Source: a virus
Taxonomy: Duplodnaviria; Caudoviricetes
Length of the DNA: 33,200 nt
Direction: 5' to 3' (one strand)
Virus record (IMG/VR): IMGVR_UViG_3300032232_000235
Location: 1-33,200 of that record
In this document: piece by piece, positions 7,453-15,153 of the stretch
Layout of the letters: each line of letters begins with the position of its first letter
Numbering within the stretch: the first letter of the stretch is position 1
Notes under the pieces: generated by a model
Told to the model about the DNA's origin: nothing
The model's input: the letters and a program-made list of their open reading frames with translations, nothing else
The model's database searches: none
Position numbers and translations under genes: made by a program

Positions 7453-8079
7453 ATGGCAAAGAGATCACAAGCAATGAGCACAAAAGTGCGTAAGTATTTA
7501 GCAAAGCACCCACTGGCAAAAGCACAGGCAGTAGCCGACGCTACTGGTGCAACGGTGCAATACGTCCACAACATTCGGTACGCTGATAAGAAGAATGGTG
7601 TGGTTAGTACACCGGCAGTGAAAAAGCCCAAATGGAAACTCGCAAGCGTATCGACGAGTAAGAAATCAATTAAAGCCGACATGGAAGCAGACGCGCAGTT
7701 TGAGAAAGACCAAGACAAGCGTAGAGCACAGGGTTGGCAAGGTCAGCATGTTGGGGATAGGTTTATGGCAGTCCCAGTAGGGTTTAACGGCATGACTATT
7801 CATGATGTTGAGAGAGCATTTGATAAAGCAAACAAGGAAGACATAGTTGCCACACACCACACCGACATGGTTAATCACCCACCGCACTACAAGATGGGCG
7901 GTATCGAGACTATCGACTTCATTGAGGCGAAGCAGTTTGGTTACAACCTAGGAAACGTAGTTAAGTACATCAGCCGTGCTGACTTCAAAGGTAGCCACTA
8001 CGAGGACTTGCTCAAAGCACGTTGGTATTTGAATCGCGAGATCGCTAAGTTCTCACCAGACACAAAGGTAACCAAATGA
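7453..8079 (+). CDS. DUF3310 (T7 gp1.7 nucleotide kinase-like / SaV-like) protein with N-terminal HTH-like region
   Basis: C-terminal DMVNHPPHY..GGIETIDFI...GNVVKYISRA..KG...EDLLKARWYL; N-terminal KVRKYLAKHP..KAQAVADATGATVQYVHNIR. Confidence 0.85.
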   Translation: MAKRSQAMSTKVRKYLAKHPLAKAQAVADATGATVQYVHNIRYADKKNGVVSTPAVKKPKWKLASVSTSKKSIKADMEADAQFEKDQDKRRAQGWQGQHVGDRFMAVPVGFNGMTIHDVERAFDKANKEDIVATHHTDMVNHPPHYKMGGIETIDFIEAKQFGYNLGNVVKYISRADFKGSHYEDLLKARWYLNREIAKFSPDTKVTK

Positions 8080-8321
8080 CAACGAAAGCAAAAGACGACG
8101 ACAAGGCTGAACTGCATAAGTACACGACCTTTAAACTAGACGGCATCACTTACGTACCACACTACCGAGACACTAAGAGATACGTTGGCCCGGGATATCC
8201 AAGACATACCACTTCTGTATATACAGCATCAGACCTGTTTAGCGCTGGTGCTGTGCCAACCATCTCGTTTCTTTGGAAGCGTTCTGAGTTTGGCATTGTA
8301 AAAGTTGGGAAAATTGGATGA
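8076..8321 (+). CDS. Hypothetical protein (81 aa)
   Basis: ATGA-coupled to both neighbours. Confidence 0.7.
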   Translation: MTTKAKDDDKAELHKYTTFKLDGITYVPHYRDTKRYVGPGYPRHTTSVYTASDLFSAGAVPTISFLWKRSEFGIVKVGKIG

Positions 8322-10174
8322 ACCTAATCACCCTTGACTTCGAAACGTTCTACGATAAAGACTTCTCTCTATCCAAGTTAACAACTGAAGAATACATTCG
8401 CGATGACCGTTTTGAAGTTATCGGTGTAGGAGTAAAAATAAATGATGACGAAACGCAATGGTTCACAGGAACTCACGCCGACACCAGTGAGTTTTTATCT
8501 CGCTTTGACTGGGATAGTTCTTTTCTCCTTGCTCATAATTGCATGTTTGATGGTGCTATCCTTTCTTGGCGGTTTGGTATTAGGCCAAAAGTACTTCTCG
8601 ATACTCTAGCAATGCTACGTGCCATTGATGGCACAGAGGTTGGTAACAGCCTAGCAAAAGCCGCCGAGCGTTATGGTTTGGGGGTGAAGGGTACTGAGGT
8701 AGTCGCGGCTATGGGTAAGCGCCGTGCTGATTTCTCTGCGCAGGATCTGGCGCAATATGGTGTGTACTGCAAGAACGACGTTAAGCTGACGTACGACTTG
8801 TTTAATATCTTGCAAGCAAACTTCCAGAAGCCAGAGCTTAAGCTAATAGACATGACTCTCCGTATGTTCACAGAGCCTACGCTACGTCTTGATCTACCTG
8901 TGCTGGAGCAACATCTCGTACTTGTACAAGAGAAGAAGGAAGCCTTGATCGCCGAAGCATGCGCCGACAAGGAAGTGCTCATGTCCAATCAGAAGTTCGC
9001 CGAGCGACTGATTGAGTATGGTGTGCCACCACCCATGAAGGTTAGCCCCACGACAGGCAAAATGGCTTTGGCTTTGGCTAAGAGCGACGAGGGATTTAAA
9101 GCGTTGGCAGACCACTGGGATGAGCGGGTGCAAGCACTTGTCGCCGCGCGTCTTGGGACAAAGTCCACACTAGAGGAGACACGCACGCAACGATTCATTT
9201 CCATTGCCAAGCGTGGTAGCCTCCCAGTCCCCCTCAGATATTACGCCGCGCACACAGGGCGTTGGGGCGGGGACGACAAACTAAACCTACAGAACTTGCC
9301 ACGCAAGTCACCCCTCAAGACTGCTATCGTAGTACCCGAAGGCTACATCATGATCGACGCCGACTCTTCACAGATTGAAGCGCGGATCGTTGCATGGTTG
9401 GCGGGGCAAGCTGATTTGGTAAGCGCGTTTGCAAAAGGTGAAGACGTTTACAAGATCATGGCAACAAAGATATACAACAAACCTCTTGGAGAGATTGACG
9501 ACTCTGAAAGATTTGTGGGTAAGACTACGATTCTTGGCGCGGGCTACGGCATGGGTTGGCGCAAGTTTCAGATGCAACTCAAGAACTTTGGGGTAAGTCT
9601 GGATGACAACATGTGCCAACATATCTTGAAGGTGTATCGCCAAGAGTTCCCATATATCCCTGCACTATGGGATGAAGGACACAAAACCTTAGACGCACTG
9701 GCAAGCCCTAAACTTGTCACTACTCCGTTTGGGAAACAGGCACAGGCAGTAAGCGTACTCCCCGGAATTGGGTACGATCTTCCTAGCGGTTTGCCTCTCA
9801 AGTATATGAACTTGCGTGCCCCTGAGATTGACTTACATGGTCGACCACAGTACGTCTACGATACCCGCAAAGGTGAAGTCCGTATCTATGGCGGTAAAGT
9901 AGTTGAGAACTTATGCCAAGCACTTGCACGCTGTGTGATTGCCGAGCAGATGCTACGGATAGCGAAACGCTACAAGCCAGTTCTGACTGTGCATGATGCC
10001 GTGGCGTGCGTAGTATCCGAATCAGAGCGCGATGAAGCCATTAAATATGTAAACGAATGTATGCGTTGGCGACCCAAGTGGGCTGAGACGCTACCACTAG
10101 CGTGTGAAATTGGCGTAGGAAAAAGCTACGGCGACTGCGGTAAAAAAATGTCTATTGAGAAATGGGGGCTGTAA
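8318..10174 (+). CDS. polA: Phage family A DNA polymerase with 3'-5' exonuclease
   Basis: Exo I LDFET, Exo II AHNCMFD, Exo III YCKND; HTGRW, NLQNLP; motif A DADSSQIEAR, motif B RFVGKTTILGAGYG, motif C TVHDAV. Confidence 0.96.
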   Translation: MNLITLDFETFYDKDFSLSKLTTEEYIRDDRFEVIGVGVKINDDETQWFTGTHADTSEFLSRFDWDSSFLLAHNCMFDGAILSWRFGIRPKVLLDTLAMLRAIDGTEVGNSLAKAAERYGLGVKGTEVVAAMGKRRADFSAQDLAQYGVYCKNDVKLTYDLFNILQANFQKPELKLIDMTLRMFTEPTLRLDLPVLEQHLVLVQEKKEALIAEACADKEVLMSNQKFAERLIEYGVPPPMKVSPTTGKMALALAKSDEGFKALADHWDERVQALVAARLGTKSTLEETRTQRFISIAKRGSLPVPLRYYAAHTGRWGGDDKLNLQNLPRKSPLKTAIVVPEGYIMIDADSSQIEARIVAWLAGQADLVSAFAKGEDVYKIMATKIYNKPLGEIDDSERFVGKTTILGAGYGMGWRKFQMQLKNFGVSLDDNMCQHILKVYRQEFPYIPALWDEGHKTLDALASPKLVTTPFGKQAQAVSVLPGIGYDLPSGLPLKYMNLRAPEIDLHGRPQYVYDTRKGEVRIYGGKVVENLCQALARCVIAEQMLRIAKRYKPVLTVHDAVACVVSESERDEAIKYVNECMRWRPKWAETLPLACEIGVGKSYGDCGKKMSIEKWGL

Positions 10175-10632
10175 TGCAGATAGGAGTTAGCCAAAACTTT
10201 CTTGGAAGTAAACCAGATGTTATAGATAGGTATGGCCCCGGCTGGACAGTAGAGAGAGTCAATACTGCGATAGCAACAGAATTAGCAAGTGATGTAGGAA
10301 CTTATTTAACAAGGAAGGCAAAAATGATTTTGACAGACTACGAAAAAGCAACAGAGATTACAGAGACTGCGGACAAAATGTTCAAGCGCAACATAAGCGC
10401 TTTGATGAACACCACAGAAGAACTACAAACCAACATCAAGAAAGTCTCAGGTAATGTGCGTAAGGCGGCAGATGATTTGGCGGCGGGGCTAACCAAGGTT
10501 GAGAAGACCGCAAACTTTGCAAACCTAGAACGCTACGTCAACTTACTTGAGCGTGCGGCAACTGCAATGTCGACTCTTGCTGAGTTGGAAAAAGAAGGTA
10601 AGTTAGACAAAATTTCGAGCGCACTCAAATGA
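10174..10632 (+). CDS. Hypothetical coiled-coil protein (start 10174; alternative at 10323)
   Basis: TAATG overlap with the polymerase stop; ATGA overlap with the next gene; heptad-like C-terminal two-thirds. Confidence 0.7.
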   Translation: MQIGVSQNFLGSKPDVIDRYGPGWTVERVNTAIATELASDVGTYLTRKAKMILTDYEKATEITETADKMFKRNISALMNTTEELQTNIKKVSGNVRKAADDLAAGLTKVEKTANFANLERYVNLLERAATAMSTLAELEKEGKLDKISSALK

Positions 10633-11294
10633 ATTACACATGGTCGTATTCAAGCATTTCGCTGTTTCAGCAGTGCCCACGTAAGTACCACAGGATGCGT
10701 ATCGTCAAGGATATCGTCGAGCCACCACAGGAACACCTGCTTTACGGCAGTGCGGTTCATAAGGCAGCAGAAGAATACATCCGTGATGGTACTGCGATAC
10801 CAGAAAAGTACGCCTACATTCAGCCGTTCCTTGACCCACTGAAAGCCTTGTCGGGCGAGAAGTTATGTGAGCATGAGATGGGGTTGACCAAGGACATGCA
10901 ACCATGCGCGTTTAGAGACAAGAATGTTTGGTTCCGTGGTATTGCCGACCTGCTTGTTATCGATGGCGAGAAGGCACGGATCGTTGACTACAAGACTAGC
11001 AAATCCAGTAGGTACGCGGACAAGAAGCAACTAGAATTACTGTCCCTTTTGACCTTCAAGCACTTCCCGCAAGTTAAAACAATCAAGGCTGGCCTGATGT
11101 TCTTGGTAGTCAAAGACCTAGTTGCCGCCGAGTTCAATACAGATCAACAGACTGAGGCTTGGGGCAAGTGGATACCCGAGACAAATCAGCTAGAGAGTGC
11201 GATGATTACAGATGTTTGGAACCCTAGACCAAACTTCACATGTCGTGGTTGGTGTCCTGTCACCGACTGCGAACACAACAGTAAGAGGAGTTGA
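10629..11294 (+). CDS. Cas4/RecB-like PD-(D/E)XK exonuclease with a predicted Fe-S cluster
   Basis: WSYSSISLFQQCPRKY, GSAVHKAAE, GIADL...VDYKT and C-terminal CRGWCPVTDC (1+3 Cys pattern). Confidence 0.92.
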   Translation: MNYTWSYSSISLFQQCPRKYHRMRIVKDIVEPPQEHLLYGSAVHKAAEEYIRDGTAIPEKYAYIQPFLDPLKALSGEKLCEHEMGLTKDMQPCAFRDKNVWFRGIADLLVIDGEKARIVDYKTSKSSRYADKKQLELLSLLTFKHFPQVKTIKAGLMFLVVKDLVAAEFNTDQQTEAWGKWIPETNQLESAMITDVWNPRPNFTCRGWCPVTDCEHNSKRS

Positions 11295-11295
11295 A

Positions 11296-11562
11296 ATGCC
11301 ATACGTAAACAAACCTAGACCATACAAGCACGAATACGAAACCTATGACGGCACCCCTGCCGTTAAGAAGAAACGTGCGGCAAGAAACAAAGCACGCGCA
11401 ATCATGGAGAAGGCAGGGCTAGTCCACAAAGGTGACGGCAAAGACGTTGACCACAAGAAGCCGTTAAGCAAGGGCGGAACTACTGTCCGAGGCAATCTCC
11501 GCGTAAAAGCCGCTAGCGATAACCGATCTTATGCACGCAAATCAGACCACACAATTAAGTGA
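11296..11562 (+). CDS. Small HNH endonuclease-fold protein (88 aa; start revised to 11296)
   Basis: GAGGAG RBS; DVDHKKPLSKGG...NLRV....DNRS motif. Confidence 0.88.
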   Translation: MPYVNKPRPYKHEYETYDGTPAVKKKRAARNKARAIMEKAGLVHKGDGKDVDHKKPLSKGGTTVRGNLRVKAASDNRSYARKSDHTIK

Positions 11563-11824
11563 GGTTACTTTAAGTAGGCGCGACGAGAGGGCGATTAAAA
11601 AGCATTTCTGCCGTGGAATGACTGATGACCAGTTAAAAGCGGCGTTTCTATTGCACTTTAACAACCGCCCTGTTAGCGCGTATGAAATAAGAATGGTACG
11701 CAACTCAGACAACGATATGTTTTTTATCGTGAACGAAATGATTGGTCGCCAGTTGTTCATCATGCGCCCAGACTTTGGGCAAGCAGTTTACGTACTAAAA
11801 GAAGATTTACATGCAAGTAGTTGA
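11531..11824 (+). CDS. Hypothetical protein, possibly a small winged helix; start uncertain
   Basis: Fills the gap between the HNH and helicase genes on the coding strand; no clear RBS. Confidence 0.55.
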   Translation: MHANQTTQLSEVTLSRRDERAIKKHFCRGMTDDQLKAAFLLHFNNRPVSAYEIRMVRNSDNDMFFIVNEMIGRQLFIMRPDFGQAVYVLKEDLHASS

Positions 11825-13352
11825 AAACAAATACCTAGTCATACAGACTGAAGAGCCACAGAAGATTCTCTCGACGATTGCTAAGAGCGCCGAGTACACC
11901 GAGGATTCGGTGGCTGTCCATTGGGGGTTGAAAGAAGCACAAATGTTAAAGACGCTTGGTTGGGAGGGCGTGCCGTCCCCGATTGACCGAGACTATGACT
12001 GGCCCGGACTCCATAGGCCAATGAACCACCAAAAGGAAACTGCATCCTTTCTAACCCTACACCCCCGCGCTTTTTGTTTTAACGAACAAGGGACTGGCAA
12101 GACTGCATCAGCTATCTGGGCATCGGATTATCTAATAGCGCAGGGATACATCAGCCGTGTTCTGGTTATTTGTCCTGTATCCATCATGCAAGCCGCATGG
12201 CAAGCCGACCTATTTAAGTTTGCTGTTCACCGCCATGTGGATGTAGCGCACGGAGATCGCAAGAAACGCAAGGCTATCGTAGAAGGTGTAGCCGAGTACG
12301 TCATCATTAACTACGACGGTGTGAGCATTGTTGAAGAAGAACTCAAGGCTGGTGGGTTTGACCTCATCATCATTGACGAAGCCAATGCCTACAAGAACTC
12401 TAGGACTGAGCGTTTTAAAACGTTAAGAAGAGTAACCACTCCTGATACTTGGATATGGATGATGACTGGTACACCCGCAGCTCAATCACCATTAGATGCC
12501 TACGGCCTTGCCAAACTATGCGTACCCGCAAGAACCCCACACTTGTACACAGCGTTCCGCGATGTTGTGATGTATCAGTTCTCACGATTCAAATGGATTC
12601 CAAAACCGCAAGCCCAAGGCATAGTGCACAACCTCTTGCAACCTGCAATTCGCTTTGAGAAGAAAGACTGCATCGACTTACCTGATGTGACGCACACTTC
12701 GCGGTTCACTCCGCTAACACCACAGCAGTCTAAGTACTACAAAGACCTCAAGAAAGAGATGCTGATTGAAGCAGTTGGCGATGAAGTCTCTGCCGTGAAT
12801 GCGGCGGCTCAACTAAACAAACTATTACAAATCTCCTGCGGGGCTGTGTATACAGATACCAAGAATGTCATAGAGTTTGACGCATCGAACCGATTAAACA
12901 TTTTGTTAGAAGTTATTGAGGAGGCAAGCCATAAAGTTCTAGTGTTTGTGCCGTTCACGCACACGTTAGCTTTAATACAGGATTTCCTAACTAAGAATAA
13001 AGTAACGTCAGAGATTATCAATGGCTCTGTAAGCGTGTCAAAGCGTACCGACATCTTTAAAAGATTTCAAGAGCAAGAGGAGCCACGAGTACTTTTGATT
13101 CAACCACAAGCGGCGGCACATGGGGTAACCCTTACTGCGGCAAACGTAATCGTATGGTACGCTCCTGTCACGTCGATTGAAACATACTTGCAAGCAAACG
13201 CACGTATCGATAGGCCGGGTCAGCGTAACCCTATGACGATCGTACATCTTGAAGGTAGTCCAGTAGAAACAAAACTCTACGGAATGTTGCAAAACAAATT
13301 GGACTTCCACAACAAGATTATTGATCTGTATAAAAGTGAAATTAACTCTTGA
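11811..13352 (+). CDS. SNF2-family (SF2) helicase
   Basis: Q motif MNHQ, EQGTGKT, VICPVS, IINYD, IIDEAN, MTGTP, HGVTLTAA, QANARIDRPGQ. Confidence 0.95.
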   Translation: MQVVENKYLVIQTEEPQKILSTIAKSAEYTEDSVAVHWGLKEAQMLKTLGWEGVPSPIDRDYDWPGLHRPMNHQKETASFLTLHPRAFCFNEQGTGKTASAIWASDYLIAQGYISRVLVICPVSIMQAAWQADLFKFAVHRHVDVAHGDRKKRKAIVEGVAEYVIINYDGVSIVEEELKAGGFDLIIIDEANAYKNSRTERFKTLRRVTTPDTWIWMMTGTPAAQSPLDAYGLAKLCVPARTPHLYTAFRDVVMYQFSRFKWIPKPQAQGIVHNLLQPAIRFEKKDCIDLPDVTHTSRFTPLTPQQSKYYKDLKKEMLIEAVGDEVSAVNAAAQLNKLLQISCGAVYTDTKNVIEFDASNRLNILLEVIEEASHKVLVFVPFTHTLALIQDFLTKNKVTSEIINGSVSVSKRTDIFKRFQEQEEPRVLLIQPQAAAHGVTLTAANVIVWYAPVTSIETYLQANARIDRPGQRNPMTIVHLEGSPVETKLYGMLQNKLDFHNKIIDLYKSEINS

Positions 13353-13376
13353 CATTGTCAACAAAAAGAGTATAAT
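13349..13376 (+). promoter_or_regulatory. Consensus sigma70 promoter with a palindrome over the -35
   Basis: TTGACA (13349-13354), 16-nt spacer, TATAAT (13371-13376); TTGACA-T-TGTCAA inverted repeat at 13349-13361. Confidence 0.85.
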
Positions 13377-13381
13377 AATTT

Positions 13382-13404
13382 TTGTTGGTGGCAGACACCG
13401 ACAA
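13382..13404 (+). other. 5' leader hairpin
   Basis: TTGTTGGTG-GCAGA-CACCGACAA, a 9-bp stem with one G-U pair, starting about at the predicted +1. Confidence 0.55.
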
Positions 13405-13429
13405 CATAAATAAATAATTTGGAGTGAGT

Positions 13430-13825
13430 ATGGAATCAGATTTTTCTATTGAGAAAGTCGTCGAGGCTTACATTAAGATTCGCGACACTAAAGAAGCAAT
13501 GTACGCAAAGTACAAAGCCGAGTCTGCCCAGTTAGAAGAGCAGATGACTATCCTAAAGCACAAGTTACTTGAGGTCTCGAAAGAGACTGGCGTGACTAGC
13601 TTTTCAACACCGCAGGGCACTGCGTATCGAACCGTCAAAGACCGCTTCTGGACTAATGACTGGGAAAGCTTCTATAAATTTATGCAAGAGCATGAAGCAA
13701 TGGGGCTATTGGAGAAACGTATTCATCAAACAAATATGAAAGAGTTCTTAGAGAACAACCCCGATGTTGAACCTATGGGTTTGAACATTGATCGGGAATA
13801 TGAAATCACCATTAGGAGGAAGTAA
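13430..13825 (+). CDS. Conserved phage replication-region protein (coiled coil + small beta domain)
   Basis: GGAG RBS, ATG 13430; YIKIRD...GT.YR...DWESFY.F...LLEKRI pattern; directly upstream of the SSB-like gene. Confidence 0.8.
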   Translation: MESDFSIEKVVEAYIKIRDTKEAMYAKYKAESAQLEEQMTILKHKLLEVSKETGVTSFSTPQGTAYRTVKDRFWTNDWESFYKFMQEHEAMGLLEKRIHQTNMKEFLENNPDVEPMGLNIDREYEITIRRK

Positions 13826-14001
13826 TGGACAGTGAAGAATTGATGTTCCGCATGGAACGTGACCAAATGTACTACCGAGAGCGTGCGGTAGATCATGCGC
13901 TTGAGCTGAACAAACAGAACAAGCAATACGTATCAGTTGAAGAATTGGTACATAACGCAAATGTCTTTTTCAATTTTATTAAAGGAACTCCAAATGAGTA
14001 A
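13825..14001 (+). CDS. Small hypothetical protein (58 aa, MDSEELMFRMERDQ...), not in the ORF track
   Basis: AGGAGG RBS, TAATG overlap; open frame ends overlapping the next start. Confidence 0.75.
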   Translation: MDSEELMFRMERDQMYYRERAVDHALELNKQNKQYVSVEELVHNANVFFNFIKGTPNE

Positions 14002-14860
14002 CGACCTCGCACTTTTCAGCACCAATCTACCTGACTACCTAAAGGAAGTCGGCCTCGATGACATGACCAAAGCACTTGCCGGTAACACTGGCATGAAGCG
14101 CATCTCCATCCGTGGTGGTGTGTTCCGCATGATGGTCAGCGGTGAGGAAATTGCAAAGAATGAAAACCGTGCAATGAACATTGTCATTGTGAACGGCGCA
14201 ACCAAAGTGTCGCGTTCTTTCTACGCTGGTAAGTATGTTGCTGGTGAAACTTCGCACCCTGACTGCTGGTCTAACGATGGCGAAAAGCCCGATGCAAGCA
14301 TCGAGTACCCACAACACTCTTCTTGCGAAGGCTGTTCACAAAACATCAAAGGTTCTGGTCAGGGCGATTCACGCGCCTGTCGTTATCAGCAACGCTTGGC
14401 TGTTTTGTTAGCCGACGACGTTGGAGGTGATGTGTTCCAGTTGGTGTTACCCGCCAAGTCAATCTTTGGTCGCGGTGATGTGGACAAGATGCCGTTCCAG
14501 CAATACGCTAAGTATGTTGGCGCACAAGGCAAGAGCCTCGGCACTTTGGTAACAGAGATGCGTATGGACAGCGATAGCGATACCCCCAAGTTGACCTTCA
14601 AGCCCGCACGTTTCTTGACCAAGGAAGAGTGGTTAGTTGCTAAAGACAAAGGCGATAGCCCTGCCGCAAAATCCGCTGTCGTGCAGACACCATCACAGAC
14701 CGACGGTGTTAAGCGCAAATCGATTGCCGCCCCTGCACCTAAAGCTGAGGTAGAAGACATACTGCCTGAGCCAACTAAGCGCACTGCTAAGAAAAACGTT
14801 GAACCCGCCCCTAAAAAGGAGTTCAATGATGTACTGAAGCAATGGACTGATGACGAGTAA
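13994..14860 (+). CDS. Putative ssDNA-binding protein with Zn-binding Cys (start revised to 13994)
   Basis: AAAGGA RBS; RISIRGG, PDCWSNDG..PD, CEGC..N.KGSG...RAC; low-complexity linker and acidic aromatic tail WTDDE; replication-module context. Confidence 0.7.
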   Translation: MSNDLALFSTNLPDYLKEVGLDDMTKALAGNTGMKRISIRGGVFRMMVSGEEIAKNENRAMNIVIVNGATKVSRSFYAGKYVAGETSHPDCWSNDGEKPDASIEYPQHSSCEGCSQNIKGSGQGDSRACRYQQRLAVLLADDVGGDVFQLVLPAKSIFGRGDVDKMPFQQYAKYVGAQGKSLGTLVTEMRMDSDSDTPKLTFKPARFLTKEEWLVAKDKGDSPAAKSAVVQTPSQTDGVKRKSIAAPAPKAEVEDILPEPTKRTAKKNVEPAPKKEFNDVLKQWTDDE

Positions 14861-15102
14861 TGGATAACAGAGGTTACGCAACTCGAATCGTCCGCGCCAA
14901 CCAAGAAGCAGATATTAAAAGTCCCGGCGTAAAGCTGGGGCGCTTCTGTATCAAGAAAGACTATTCCGTTCGTGAAGTTTCCGAGTACTTTGGAGTCAGC
15001 CGCATGACCATCTACAAGTGGTTTACAGGCGAGTGGATTCCACGCAAGGTACACGAGGCCAAAATTAACGAGATGCTTTCAAAGGTTGGGTTTGTTCAGT
15101 AG
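14860..15102 (+). CDS. Cro/XRE-like HTH protein
   Basis: SVREVSEYFGVSRMTIYKWFTG...P helix-turn-helix; TAATG coupling. Confidence 0.88.
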   Translation: MDNRGYATRIVRANQEADIKSPGVKLGRFCIKKDYSVREVSEYFGVSRMTIYKWFTGEWIPRKVHEAKINEMLSKVGFVQ

Positions 15103-15143
15103 CGTTCGGATGGGGCTCGCCGCGCCCTTCCGACGCATTTCTT
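15102..15143 (+). other. GC-rich imperfect hairpin (weak terminator or attenuator candidate)
   Basis: GCGTTCGGATGGGGC / GCGCCCTTCCGACGC followed by ATTTCTT; fills the only gap before the primase. Confidence 0.45.
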
Positions 15144-15153
15144 AGAGGCGGCT

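Noticed and set aside
10629-11294. Cas4-like gene as evidence of a CRISPR-Cas system
   Set aside because: No repeat-spacer array or other cas genes in the window; solo Cas4-like nucleases are routine in phage replication modules.
11296-11562. HNH gene as an intron-encoded homing endonuclease
   Set aside because: Flanking genes look intact, there is no room for intron structure, and the protein is short with its own RBS.
12370-12390. SNF2 motif II reading DEAN instead of DExH as a sign of inactivation
   Set aside because: The catalytic DE and the other helicase motifs are intact; the fourth position varies in phage SNF2 proteins.
13330-13361. Leftward antisense promoter from TTGACA on the - strand (also at 5156-5161)
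   Set aside because: No acceptable -10 at 17-nt spacing (CACTTT and AAGCCC respectively).
14386-15054. 222-aa antisense ORF, plus other opposite-strand ORFs such as 5854-6321, 26036-26593 and 30417-30851
   Set aside because: They shadow well-supported genes on the other strand and show no recognisable motifs.
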